A DNA stretch of 64,000 bases from Fistulifera solaris (GCA_030295235.1 AP026167.1:62001-126000); one strand, 5' to 3'; numbered from the stretch's first letter, positions 1 to 12,659 are shown. The notes: a model not told the origin generated them from the sequence alone. Translations and numbers: made by a program.

Positions 1-521
1 AATAGTGGCGGTCGGTACGGTCGAAAGGCTTTTTGTTCGGCTGACAATTGATCGACAGGAATGAGTTTTAAGATGTCTTTGTTTGTTGGTTGGTTGAGCC
101 ATTGGAAAATACAAAAGTCAATGGAGTTTCTGTGAGAATAATATTAACTTATGAAGTCATATCTCATCTTTTTTTCCTTTGGTTGTTTCGAAGCAACAAC
201 AAAAAAAGTCCGCGAAAAAATTCAAAACGAATCTCCATACCTGGAAATAACGTCCAACGTCCGGCTCCACGTCCGGGACTGAAATAATGTTCACTCGTGT
301 GGTTGTATTTGTAAAATAGAGAAATGTCGTACCAGTACAAGAGTTTTCCTCCCGTTATTGCCTTATTTTTCGTCTGCCCGTAAGCCGTGATTGTGACGAG
401 AAAGACCTTTCCTCTTTATGGGTCTCGGTTTGCAGCAAAGTGGCGAACAAACAATAATAACAAAAAAACATCGACACATTAGTCGATAACTGCTCATGCT
501 TTTAACTTGAAACTCAACAAA

Positions 522-2154
522 ATGGAACCAGAGATAGAACGAGAGAAGTTCCTCTTGGAGCACATTCCAGAAGAACGGCAATCTGCCGCGCTAAAATCGT
601 TTCGACCAAGGTCGTGTTCTGGTCGAAATTAAAAATGTATCGATTTGTGAAAGACCCCCGTGATCTTATAGGATTCGAGTGGAGGAGATGCTCGAAAACT
701 GCTATATGGCGAGACAATGGGACGATCATTTGCCTCGGTGGTGCCGGTTTTGAGGCATATCTGGATCGATACTTTTTCCAAAGCAGGGGATTATCACTTC
801 AAGGGCTCTATCTATCTACGGTAAAACAGATGCGGCAATTGCCGAGACAGCTACGTGGTTCTGGTCGTTACAGCGTCCAGAAGAAAATTCCTATCTAGAG
901 ACTTTCATTATGGACGCAAGGGAGGATCAAATCTTTGATTTTGCTGCCCTACAGCCCGAGCCATTGGCGCGTATCCTCGACTGCAACCCAGCACGTAGAT
1001 ATGCGTTCACAAAAGGAAGTTGGAACACGGCACAATCCGTCATTCTTGCATCAAGGCCCTATTCTTTGAAGTGGAAATTCACCGAGGACTCCTTTGCTTT
1101 TGAAGACGACGGCACAGCGTTTGTTGATACGCTAATCAATCGACACTCTTCGTTTGGGTCGCTGCATTTTGACTGCAAAATTGATGATATGCCTTTGAGC
1201 CGCCAAAATTTTAAACGCCTCTTGAAACTTGGCAATTTTGATAAGCTCAAGCTCAGGTACCTTGACGAGGAAATGATTCTTCTTCCCTTCGCTGCCAACG
1301 TGCATGAGCTTACCTACGTGATCAATGCACGAGATTTTCAGCCGAAGCATATCAAATCTTTGAACGTCAAAACCAGGAAGCTCAAATTAGGCATAGGATT
1401 GGACGACGTAGTTGATTGGGATAGGATTCCTGTTTCCTTTTTGAATCGTTTCAGCGAAATCGGCACTTTCGAGAAGCTGCACTTCAGCGTTAATTCTTGG
1501 GACCTACGACAGCCCATTGACGTAAACAAAGTAACGTCCATTGCTGAAGCAATAATTTCAGTCATAAAAGCGAATCAATGCCTAATGCACTTGAATTTGA
1601 GTCATTCTTACTACACCTTTGACTGGCTTCCTCACTTGCAGAGTATTTTTGAGGCCGTGGGAGGTCACGAGTGTCTACGTGAGCTTATTGTTCCTGATTA
1701 TCCTGAGCAAGAAGATCCCAACTATTCCTGGCTGAAGCGCTTGCTTACTCGTAATCGAAGTATTATGGTATTGTATCATAAAGGCGACAAGATCACTGAT
1801 GGATCCAGTATCGACAGGCTGTATGCGTTGAATCGATGTTATCGTGGATCGGCAGCACTAATGAAGGAGGAGTCTATATCCTTGCGACCACATCTTGTAG
1901 CGGCAGCATTACAGAATAACGCGTCACGGAAATTTGATCATGCAGCATTATTGCTTGCCAACCACGTGGACGTGCTATCCGAATTTATGCACGGCGCAGA
2001 TCTAGAGGACGTGCCTTGCGTTGGGGAACTAACACGAGAGAATTCAGACTCGGGAATCTCTGATGCTCATTGTGAACCTGTCGATCAATTGAAACGTAAA
2101 ACGAGAGTTCAGCCACCAAGAGCTGCCAAGAAAATATCTCGTTATAAGTATTGA
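522..2154 (+). CDS. Expanded hypothetical family A member (RNI/LRR-like), frameshifted in the 5' part
   Basis: ATG at 522 gives MEPEIEREKFLLEHIPEE. ORF 614-898 has AIWRDNGT, a shifted frame reads IYGKTDAAIAETATWFWSL, and ORF 910-2154 continues. These motifs are shared with the other family A copies. Confidence 0.75.
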
Positions 2155-2369
2155 GCATTGAAATCTTCTGTAACTTGTTTCTTGATACCGTGGTTTGTGG
2201 TCACTACAAATGTCGTTGCCTGTCTATTACAGAGTACATAGTTTCAAGCTAGGTACAATATCAAAGTAACCTAAAACCTAGTCGAACGTTAGGATTTCGC
2301 GTATCTTCATTTGCTGTACCAGGTAGTCCTCATAAAGGGCAATCCGTTTCGTAACAAAAAGCGAACTCG

Positions 2370-3660
2370 CATCTCATTTCGGCATGCATTCTTTGCAGAA
2401 TGTAACGACTGAACTTTCCGTTTGGTGGTTCAAAATACGACCTCAATTCGGCCTATTGAGTTATTGGAGTAATTAACAAAGTGTCTTCGGAATTCATACA
2501 ATGCATAACTCACACATCGTGTCAGCATATTGCGACAACAGAAGCGCTGTATATTGAATATTCGTGGAAGCGCTTCTTGTCAGCGCCGTTACCACTAGCA
2601 GCGTTCTCTACGATGCAGATTCACTCACAAGTTCTATGGACCCATTGCTAAAGTCGTTCAAAGCATACGCCTTGTCGATGGTCGATCCGTTGGTACACTT
2701 GTTCCCTACAATATCAACAACCACAACGTTCCTGTTGTGGGAGAGCAGCTTCTCTAGCCAAGAAGGATCAAACAAGCGTTTACGTTCAAATTCTTCGTTT
2801 TCGTCTTCCGACTCATCCTCCGTCCTCATCACTTTGCTCGTAGCTTTGCAGAACAATAGTACGAAGACTCGGATGGTCTTTAATTTCTTCGAAAATCCAT
2901 TGGAAAAAATGGTCCCCAATGCAGATGCGATTCATCGTCACTGAAATTCAAAACAGGATAACTTGGGATTGGCATTGATGGCACAAATCAGTGCTTCCGC
3001 AACAGGGGCTACGCAATTGACGTATAAGCATCTGTCTCATATTCCATCCCGCTCCGGAACAGAATGGAAAGGGATAATCGTTCGAAATGTCCCAATTCCG
3101 CGACACGGTACAAAAACGCGACCAGGACCGCGGTCCAATCGTCATTGCTGTCCATAAAGAATTTGACCGAAAGATCGTTCGCCACATTTTTGAGCGAAGT
3201 AAAATTCTTCGGGTTGTAAAAACCAACCCAACACACGATTGTGTAGAATGTTGACTTTGGCAGAAAACGGAAGTAAAGTAGATGCTTGATTCGGGGCACT
3301 AATCTCGAGTTCTTCCACCACATGATCGAGTTTCAGTAATCTTTGGAAGTTACGACGGCTCAATGAATCTTCCTTGTCACAAAAAACCAACAGAGAACCG
3401 AACGGAGTAGTGCGATGCTCCATTTCTTGGAGAAAAGCGGTTCCTGGGTCCAGAAACACAAATTGCCCCATGAGCTTCAAGTCGAGCCGATACGGTCTCG
3501 TAGCTAGAACGTGTGCCTGTTCGCCGTTGATAGCAGCAGAAATTTCAATACGCCGGGCCGGATTCGAGTCTAATATTTGAGCGAGCTGTGAAGGTTGCAA
3601 AGCGCCAAAATAATTGGCAACCAAATGCCAAATCTATCGTTTAAAACAGTATCACATGCT
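2370..3660 (-). pseudogene. Degraded, 5'-truncated family A copy; tandem duplicate of 3764-5299
   Basis: Pieces in ORFs 3142-3624, 3009-3323 and 2608-2919 align to the 511-aa copy (QILDSNPARRIE, GNKCTNGSTIDKAYALN). Several frameshifts and an in-frame TAG at 2608-2610. Confidence 0.8.
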
Positions 3661-3763
3661 CAAAGTTTACCGTCAACTCATGGTTTTGAAACCCGAACTA
3701 CAAAAAAAACAAACACTCCGTAGAAGAACAGAGAAGCCACATCTCATCTCCAGCTGCTCTACT

Positions 3764-5299
3764 CTAAAATGCGGCATCTTCGAAATCTACTCCGTGTATG
3801 AACTCACAAAGAGTGTCGACATGTCGCCATAACAGCAGCGCTGTGTATTGAACATTGGCTGATGCCCTTTCCGTCAGTGCCGATTCCACCAGCAAAGGCC
3901 GTAAGACGGAACAAGATTCGTTCACAAGCCGTAGGGATTGATTGTAAAAGACATTCAGAGCGTACGCCTCATCGATGGTCGATCCGTTGGTACATTTGTT
4001 GCCTGACTCATCAAGAACCACAATGTTCCTATTGTGGGCGAGTAATTGCTTCAACCAAGCAGGATGGAAACAGTATCTACGTTCAAATTTTTCGTCTTCG
4101 TCTCCAGTCTCTTCACTATCGTGATTGAAGGTTCGCACAACAATAGTGCAAAGACTGGGATGGTCTTTCACTTCATCGAAAACATACTTGAAAAAGGGCC
4201 CCCAATTCACATGTGATGCATCGTCGCTCAAATCCAAATACAATAACTTTGGATTGGCATTCACGGCAACGATCAGTGCACCGACGACCATTGCTACTTC
4301 ACGAGCATAGGTATGCGGGTCAAAGGGGATCTCGGACAGACAAAGATAGGCAAAGCTGAATCTTACGAAATGTCCCAATTCCGCGACACGAATCAAGAAC
4401 GAAATCGAAATCGCGGACCACTCGTCATCGCCATCCATGATAAACTTCAACGTAAGATCTTTTGCTACGATATTGAGAAGGAAAAAATCATCTGGCTCCA
4501 TGTACCGAGCATACAACCGATAATCGAGTACGTCCACCTTGGCCAAGAACGGAAGTAATACACATTCTTCATTCGGCGAACTGATTTGGAGCTCCTGAAA
4601 TATGTTTTCCAATTCCAGTAGCCGTTTCAAGTTGCTACTACTTATGGATTCCTCCATTTCCCCGCAATAGGTAAAAAGGGAACCAAACGAAGATTCTCTG
4701 TGTTCCAGCGCTTCGACAAAGGCAGTTCCTCGGTCGAGAAAAGCAAAGTCATACCCGACAAGCATCAAGTCGAGGGGATAAGGTCTGGTTGCTAAAACGT
4801 GTGCCTGTTCGGCGCTAATAGCCGCGGTTAATTCGATACGCCGGGTCGGATTGGAGTCTAGAATTCGAGTGAGCTGCTCGGGTTGCAGAGCAACAAAATC
4901 AAAACGGCTGTTCACATCGCAGTAACATTGCAGAACTGCCTTCTTTGTTGTATCTGCTGGATGCGGCAGGGATGTAAAGTACGTGAATGTCTCGGCAATT
5001 GCGGTATCATGTTCACCATATATAGCGCAGTCAATTTCTGCAAAACCTTTTAGTCGGAAATGAAGATGGCGTCCTCGAAAACATTCATCATTCTTCTCAT
5101 CGCAATTCCAGACCAGAAGTGTTCCGTTTTCCCGCCAAATTGCTAGTGGTTGATTGCAATGGAATTCTGTCAAAGACGCAGGCTCACGCAGCAGCATATA
5201 GAAAGGAACGTTTTCCGGCAGCACCGCCTTTAGTTGTGACGACAGTTGGTCTTTCGGAATGTGTTGCAACAAATGCAAACTTTCGTTCGGTCGACTCAT
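3764..5299 (-). CDS. Family A member, intact 511 aa (RNI/LRR-like hypothetical protein)
   Basis: Uninterrupted ORF with AIWRENGT, IYGEHDTAIAET, NPKLLYLDLS and TNGSTIDEAYALN motifs. Confidence 0.85.
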   Translation of the reverse strand: MSRPNESLHLLQHIPKDQLSSQLKAVLPENVPFYMLLREPASLTEFHCNQPLAIWRENGTLLVWNCDEKNDECFRGRHLHFRLKGFAEIDCAIYGEHDTAIAETFTYFTSLPHPADTTKKAVLQCYCDVNSRFDFVALQPEQLTRILDSNPTRRIELTAAISAEQAHVLATRPYPLDLMLVGYDFAFLDRGTAFVEALEHRESSFGSLFTYCGEMEESISSSNLKRLLELENIFQELQISSPNEECVLLPFLAKVDVLDYRLYARYMEPDDFFLLNIVAKDLTLKFIMDGDDEWSAISISFLIRVAELGHFVRFSFAYLCLSEIPFDPHTYAREVAMVVGALIVAVNANPKLLYLDLSDDASHVNWGPFFKYVFDEVKDHPSLCTIVVRTFNHDSEETGDEDEKFERRYCFHPAWLKQLLAHNRNIVVLDESGNKCTNGSTIDEAYALNVFYNQSLRLVNESCSVLRPLLVESALTERASANVQYTALLLWRHVDTLCEFIHGVDFEDAAF

Positions 5300-5471
5300 C
5301 GTTCGCTGCCGTAAAAAAGATCACAAGTTCAGGTAAAGTATATCAGTTGTAATTAGATGTAGAATAAATCGAATCAAGCAAGATTTAGTCATATTATAAA
5401 AAGATAATAATGAAGGTTGTATCTAGCACGTGGATATTTGTTAGCGACGAAAACAGCGGATCGTCATTGCG

Positions 5472-5812
5472 CAGATTTTCTGGGTAAGGTTACGTGTTAC
5501 GTGAAAACACAAGCTACCCAGATTTTCTGGGTACGAGAAAAAATACATCCCCGTATTTTCTGTGAACGTGAAAACACCACACTCCTAATCCTAAGACTTT
5601 CTATCTGTACGTGTGAATCACAAGCTTCTGGATCAGTGAAAAAACCACAAGTCCAGATTTTCTATATGCGGAAAACACCACTCACCCAGATTTTCTGGAG
5701 AAGTGAAAAAGTCCAGATTTTCTGGCGATGTGCAAAAACCACTCTCCCAGATTTTCTGGAGAGGTGACAACAACACTCCCCCAGATTTTCGGCGGACATG
5801 AAAACACCACTC
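5472..5812. repeat. Degenerate minisatellite, mostly ~33-bp units, with CCAGA-TTT-TCTGG palindromic core
   Basis: About 9 cores (5472, 5518, 5551, 5594, 5653, 5686, 5713, 5747, 5781), usually followed by a GTGAAAACACCAC-like motif. Confidence 0.85.
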
Positions 5813-5978
5813 GCACTTTGGTACTAGTACTTTGTATACTACGCATGCATTTCGCAGTACTTTACAACAATACGATACGGAGTGGTTCTCTTTCATCTAC
5901 TGAGAATTTTTTTTCTCTTTTCGTGCTTCAAATAATGAGAGGTGAAAGATTTTGACAGTCAGGTACATTCGCAACAGC

Positions 5979-6940
5979 ATGGACGAGCCAAAAGATGAAG
6001 AATAACGCTTTCTTCAATATCATTCTCCACGAAGAGTTTTCCGCCACGCAAAAGGCATTCCATTTTCACGAGGACAAAAGGATCCCATACACATCTTCGT
6101 GCGCGAACCTGCTTATTTCGATGATATTGAATGAAAGAAACACGACAATATTTCCGTTTGGCGTGCGAATGAAACGATCCTTAGTGTAGGCTGGACGGCT
6201 TACGGGCAATATGATGAACGCAGCTTGTGTTTCCAGATTTATGATGATGTGGAAGATGATGAAGAAAACAAGTTTAAATTTGCTATTTTTGGCAAAACCG
6301 ATAAACGATCTCCGAGACGGCAACTTGGTTCCTGTCTCTTCAGCATTCGGATGAAAGCTATAGCGATCATTTACATTTCCTTCTTTACAAGTTCGGTCAA
6401 AATCGCATCCCAGGTGGCCATAATAATTCCAACAGGATGGCTAATTTGAGGTCTTTGGTGACAATATGGAGACCTTGAAAATCAGGCGCAGATTGTGTTT
6501 CCAGGACGTACTCCAGAGCGTTGACCGGAGCAGAGAATGGAAGTAGGGCACTTTCGGTAGGGAGTGGAGCAAGTTTGAGTTTGTTGATAGTGCGGAGAGT
6601 TGGAAAAGACGCTGTAAAAATTGGCAGGACTCAACGGCATACGGTTGGGCTAACATTCAAACGTAGAGCCAATCCAAGGAAAAGGTTGTCGCTGTAGCAG
6701 TGCATCAACAGAAAGGCCGTACCGTCATTGGCAAAGCGAAAATAATTGTCTTTTTTTCGGTTTTGCCAGACGACTTCGACTGATGGTCAAAATGCCTCCG
6801 GAAGATATGACGAATTGTTGCCGAGGATGATTCGCATCGAGAATGCGTTCGAGTTGCTGCGGTCGCAATGCCGCCACGTCTTGTCAACACACTGTTCTCT
6901 GTTGATAATGGTATTGACAGCACTAGAAAATACCGAGTGA
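5979..6940 (+). pseudogene. Heavily decayed family A copy
   Basis: Remnant motifs ISVWRANET and FAIFGKTD-(shift)-ISETATWFLSLQH; multiple stops and frameshifts. Confidence 0.65.
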
Positions 6941-7433
6941 AAAAAATGCTGAACGCAACGAACGACACCAACGAGCAATCTGATTGATTCCAAGCATGAG
7001 TCACGAGTGATTATTTCGATCAAGTTACGTTTCTTGCTTCCTTCTCGCTTAAGCAATGATAACTCTTTTTCTTCTAGATGGATCAAATCAGAAAGATATC
7101 ATAAGGAAATGCACTTGACATACGACGCATACGATGTACCAGATATACTGTTTTTAGTAGTAGTAAACCTTTGCCGAGATAAGGAGACTGGATTCCAGTC
7201 ATGAGCTACTTTTGCTTATGTGACTGAAAACTGAAGTGATAAGAATTCATCCGCGTCAACCGGTCAGCGAGCACAGCGCATGCATGTGGCAAAGCATTCG
7301 ACCATCGTCTACAAAGAAACATACTGACATTGATATGAAGTATTTTTATGATTACCTTGTTACTTTACTTTTATCGTGACATTTTTTTTTGAAAATGCTG
7401 CTAACCAAGCAACAACCTTTTTCTCCTATTCCC

Positions 7434-7922
7434 TTAGATAAACTCAACATGGCAAGTAGACCCTCCAAGTGCGGCTTTGCATCCAGCGCTCAAGAACCGG
7501 TTTCTGGTCGAAATCAAAGCAATGTTGTCTTGGCACATTTGCAACATCTCGGCACCAAGCTCGGCGGTGTCCAACTTGCGCGTGGCGTCTGGATTCTGAC
7601 GAAGTTTACGACGGAAACCGCAGTTGAACATCTGGTTACAGTAGGCTTTACCAAAGATAGGTCGGCACCAGTCGCAGGTTGGGTTCAACTTACGTCGCGA
7701 CGGGTCAGTAGAGAATTCCCAGTCCGCCGGGTCAAAATTGTTCGCCATGAGAGCCATGTCCAAGTCAGGAACCATTTTGCTGTCAATGTAGGCAAACTCC
7801 GTAGGGGTGCAAGCAGTGTCCTGGGCCTGCTGGTTGACATAAAAGACGACCATTTCGGGGGGTTCAAGTTGCGCAGTGACAGAAGCGACAGTTGCCAACA
7901 ACGAGATGAGAGTGAACTTCAT
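7434..7922 (-). CDS. Small secreted Cys-rich protein (162 aa) with RXL motifs
   Basis: ATG at 7922 gives signal peptide MKFTLISLLATVASVTA; RRKL/RRKLR/RKL motifs; 8 Cys. Confidence 0.85.
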   Translation of the reverse strand: MKFTLISLLATVASVTAQLEPPEMVVFYVNQQAQDTACTPTEFAYIDSKMVPDLDMALMANNFDPADWEFSTDPSRRKLNPTCDWCRPIFGKAYCNQMFNCGFRRKLRQNPDATRKLDTAELGAEMLQMCQDNIALISTRNRFLSAGCKAALGGSTCHVEFI

Positions 7923-8672
7923 GGTGGGCTGTTTCTCTCTTTTACAACGTGAGCGTGACGAGGAATGATTTTTATGAATTGACAAGAAGCGACGCAGGGT
8001 GTATAGAATTCGGGCCGCCGGAAATCGTGTACAAAGTATATCATCGGAGAAAGTTTACTTAACCAGCGGGTAGAAGAAGTGCTGAAAAACCGGTGTTCCA
8101 TACTTAAATGAAGAATTTTATGAATATGATTTCTGGGAAGGGAACGAAGTTCGTCTAAGTAAATCGGACGGCGTTAGCCACGAGGATCCTCAATTCTGTA
8201 CAAACTCTTATGTGAACGGCAGTACCGACAGAAGTCACAAAACCACAATCAACAAAGAGTAGAGTAGAGAACTTTTATAAGACAGTGTGTTTATTCGACG
8301 TAGAAACTTGTGACTTGTGAATTGTGAACTTCACCATTCAAAATCTTGATTCTTGATTCTTGATCCTTTATGGTCTTGTGTCTTGTGTCTTGCTTATGAG
8401 CGCTATTCACTATTCAGGTTAGCGTGAAGAAAATCACTTATCGCTTCTCGCTTTTAATAGTTTTATATTCTTTGAAATAGTCTATGATTTGCTCTTCCGG
8501 GCAAAAAACACGAATGCAGTATACTTCAAAGTAAGGAAGCGGAAACGATTAGGGACCAACGAATCCGGTACACAGTGCAATCAAGAGACGCACAAGAAAC
8601 AAGTTTTGTTTATTACTCCGAGTATTACTTTTGGGCCTTGTTCCGATCGAATTTCCAAGTACATAAAGCTCC

Positions 8673-9850
8673 ATGGAAAGTAGAAAACAGCGCCCTTCCC
8701 GTTTAAGAGTGAGCGCGAATTGTGAAGCCAACAGTCCGCCTACGAAGATATCACATCGCACAAATCGATGTGGAGGAAGCATGAACCAACATGAAGAACG
8801 GCTTCAATCGCAGCAGGTCAATGTCAAGAAGCTAGTAGCCGCTAGAGAAGAACGCTTAGCTGCCGGTCAATGCCCAACGTGTGGGCAGCAACTCTACACG
8901 TTTAAGACAGCCCGCATCTGTTGTTGCATAGTCAGCAAAAACCTACGCAAAATCCCTCTGACGGTTCCGAATCTGGTTGAACGAGGACAGTGCTGCCGTT
9001 GCGAGCTGCATGATTCATCTAAATCGTTACAAACTCTGGAGGTATCCAGTTGTTGGAGCGAAAGCTCCCCCTTCGGAAGCTTTCTCGACCCAATCGCAAA
9101 TCACGGTACGGGAAACGAAACAGGACATGAATTCTTCTCCTTTACTTTGAAAGAGAAACCGAACAACGGCAGGTGTACCGGATCGTCTGCTTTCGTGCCT
9201 GACGATTCGGTTGCCATAAAGACGGCCGTGTACGAAGGCGGCTACAACAGCAAAGGAGAAAAGCACGGCGAAGGTGTCATGGCATGGAGCAATGGCGATG
9301 TCTTCAAGGGTGCTTTCGTCAATGACAAACGATGCGGACATGGTACCATCGAGTTCAACGGTGTCAATCAAGATGGTGGCGAGTACGTCGGAGAATGGCG
9401 CGACGATAAGATGCATGGCGATGGAACACGTCGGTATCCCAACGGAGACATGTACGTTGGGAACTTCGATGAAGGGAAGCGAGAAGGAGAAGGCCGCTTT
9501 TACTTCAGCAACGGTGACATGTACTTCGGTCAGTGGAAGAACAATCAGATGCACGGTCCGGGGCATTACTACTTCTCTTCCGGTACCCGTTTCGAAGGAA
9601 TGTTTCTCTTCAACAGGAGAAATGGAAAAGGAAAAACGCAAGGCGGTTCATCTGGCAGTATTGATATCTTTCAATACATCAATGATGAACGTGTCGGACA
9701 GGGGGTCCGATTTGATGCAAGAGGACCCGAGCCTGGAGGCTCGTTCCGCGGGTCAATGGCGCAATCCGGCAAATTGGTTCTCCTCCTCTGGAACGACATC
9801 GGATAACCATTCCAGAGGCAGTCAGTCTTGTTTATGAAATTGAGAATGCA
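8673..9850 (+). CDS. MORN-repeat protein with N-terminal Cys-rich motif
   Basis: Repeated YxGxWxxxxxHGxG MORN units (YVGEWRDDKMHGDG, YFGQWKNNQMHGPG). The C-terminus appears frameshifted near 9715, so the end is approximate. Confidence 0.85.
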
Positions 9851-10754
9851 TCCAGTTCATATATTGAGGACCTTCTTGCCAGTCGAGGGGTGAATACACG
9901 TATGTTTACTAATTTATAACCACGCAGCCACCCTAATCTTAATGGATAAGGTCTGGTCACTAACGTAACGCATTGCTCGTCATGCCAACTTCCGGCTTGT
10001 AGCGCCATTCCTCGCTGCTGCTTTTTAAATCTACTTTTTGAAGGGGTTGTTGTAAGTGCACGACAGCTTAGGCCCGTAACTTTCAAAGTAATGATTTGTG
10101 TTTTTTTCGAATGCTTCAGCGACCAGAAAAATGCGCTTTTTCCTCGACGACAGCCTTTTTTCTGCCATAGATTCTACTACTCAATTGCTTTTCGTCGACA
10201 AGGATAAAAAAAGTAATACTTCGATTCGGCAAGCGACGAGAGTGATCCATGTCATGATATAGACAAAAATTGTTTCATTGTCATGCCAAATCGTTAACCG
10301 ACGATTGTTTTACCATTTCAATAAGGCATCGAGATGCGTCGGTTCTTGATAAAGGGGCGTGCTGCCCCCTTTGTATTGCAGCGGGACACAATTCTTCCGT
10401 GGGAGTGCATCTCAAGAGCGGACGATTCTTCGATTTGGGTGCGGTTTTGATCTTGTTCTAATATCATTCCTCATTCGATAATGAAGAATCATCTAAAAGA
10501 TCATCCTCTAGAAAATATAATGAATTGACACAACACACGATCTACTATCGTACCGGTACCAAGAACTAAGTATCCTGATGTTGGGGCGCAACCAACAACG
10601 AATCGTCGACCCTTTACACCTTCTTCAATGAAGCTCAATTGTTTGAAAAAAAGACCCAAAGGGACTTCACCGAGTTAGAAAGAATGTCTTTTTTTACATC
10701 TCAGTCCTGATAAGCAACGATATTTCCATACGAATCAATGATACAAACTTCCAG

Positions 10755-12265
10755 CTACCGGTAGCTCAATCCAGCAACAAGCTCACAAAGAAGATCCGTA
10801 TGATGAGATAGCAACACGGCGGTGGGCCGAAACCGCCCCGAGGCGCTTTGAACCAATGCCGTGGTCACCAAGTGGAATCGTGAATCTGACAAAGATGATT
10901 CAGTATCTAATTGGAGTGATCCAACGAAGCAGGCATTCAGCCGGTACAGGTCGTCAATGGAAGAACCGTTGGTGATTCTTTTACCTTGAAAGTCAAGAAC
11001 CTCGATGTATCGATTGCGTGAGAGTAACCGCTCCAGCGCTGAAAAGTCCAGGGCGCCTAAATATTTGAATCCGTCGTCTTCGGATTCATCCTTACAGCCT
11101 TCAATTAACACTTCGCGGAGACTGAGATGATCTTCCATGGCTTGGAATATAGCTGGCAAGTGCGGTTCGTCATCTACGCACCAGAGAATGTCGCTGACAT
11201 CCAAATGTTTAAGATTCGGATTTCCCTGGATGAGACGGATCAAGGCTTGTGCCAGCGAAGCTGTGTCAAATTCATCCCGTTCGGGCTCTCTCCTTGATCG
11301 CCAGTCCATGTACTTGAGAGAGAGACAGAGTCTTTCTAAATGACCCAACTCACCCACCCGGTGGAAGAACGCTACGACCAGCTCATCCCAGTTGTCGACC
11401 CAATCGAGGAATAGTGTCAAATCCAGTTTTTTAGTCCCAATGTCAATTCCTTCAAAATCCTCAGGCTCTACATCCTGTGCATCCATCTTGTATTCCAGAT
11501 AGTCCGTCTTGGCGAAAAAAGCTAGTACAACTAATTCTGCATCTTCCAGCCGGTCGATCCGTAGCCTTTCGAACTTCTTATCCAGCTCCAAAAGACGTTT
11601 CAGATTTGCCTTGCTAAAAGGCGTATCCTTGTTATCGAAATCGATGCACAAGGAACGAAAGGCCGACGATCGTCCTTGCAGCGCATTGACAAAGGCACTC
11701 CCGTTGTCGGCCCACGCGAAAACGTTGCACAATTGCAAATTCAAGGGTGTTGTGGCAAGAACCACCGCTTGAGCTTCGGACCAGGTACCCGTTTGTAGAT
11801 CCAAATGTCGTTCCGGATTACTCTCCAATATCTGCGTCAACTGGTCGACCTGAAAGGCGGCAACATGGAATTTCCGTCGGCCATGAATTCGCAAAACACC
11901 CAGTTCCGTTTCTAACGGATGTTTCAGAGACCAAAAGAATGTCGCGGTTGCGGCGATGGCCGCATCGTTCTCGCCATAAATACCGCAACTCAGTTGCAAC
12001 TCTTCGTCACACGCATGGTCATGAAGCCCAAACAGCACACCGTGCGGCTCATAACCTTCATAAAAACAATGCCCGACACCAATGACCGTGCCATTGTCCC
12101 GCCAGATAGTACAATTGCGATGATTCGTCCAGTCAAAGTCGTACACATGCGTCGGTTCGCGTGCCAGGCGATAGAGAGGCGAAAACGTGCCGAACATGCG
12201 CGGGCGGAGTCGTTTTGCTCCGCTGAGAGTTCATTATCGGGAATGAGTTGTAACAGAGATTCTAT
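10755..12265 (-). CDS. Family A member
   Basis: 480-aa ORF 10755-12197 with TIWRDNGT and IYGENDAAIAATATFFWSL. A homologous N-terminus (ESLLQLIPDNELSAEQ) lies upstream in another frame. Confidence 0.8.
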
Positions 12266-12659
12266 TTGTTGTTTTTTTTTAAATTTCTTTAATGTCTGGT
12301 TTGAATGAATGTATTATAGAATACAATCGGCAAAGAGGTCGATGAAAGCGATGAAGAATTAATGATGCGGGCAAAAATGAAATATTTGAAGAAAAAAAAA
12401 ACAGGCGCGTATCTACCGTACCGAAATAGGGGCAAAATCGTACCATTACCACTGCAGACAATACATCTTACTACTAGTATACCAGGTACCGGTAAGATAG
12501 GAAGCAATTTTCGCAACGCGATCTATGTTGTTCTGTTTTTTTTTTTTATTCAGGGTCTCGTCTCTACTGGTATAAGAGAGTTTATTCAAATAACTTTGGA
12601 TGCTATATTCTTTTTATGATTTTATGCACAACAATTATTCAATACGGCGGCAATAAAGA

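Noticed and set aside
5472..5812. CRISPR-like appearance (palindromic repeat with variable gaps)
   Set aside because: Repeats are degenerate, the gaps are short and similar to one another, there are no cas genes, and the context is eukaryotic.
5417..5955. ORFs 5417-5767, 5633-5896 and 5728-5955
   Set aside because: They are translations of the minisatellite (repeated QIFW) with no other coding evidence.
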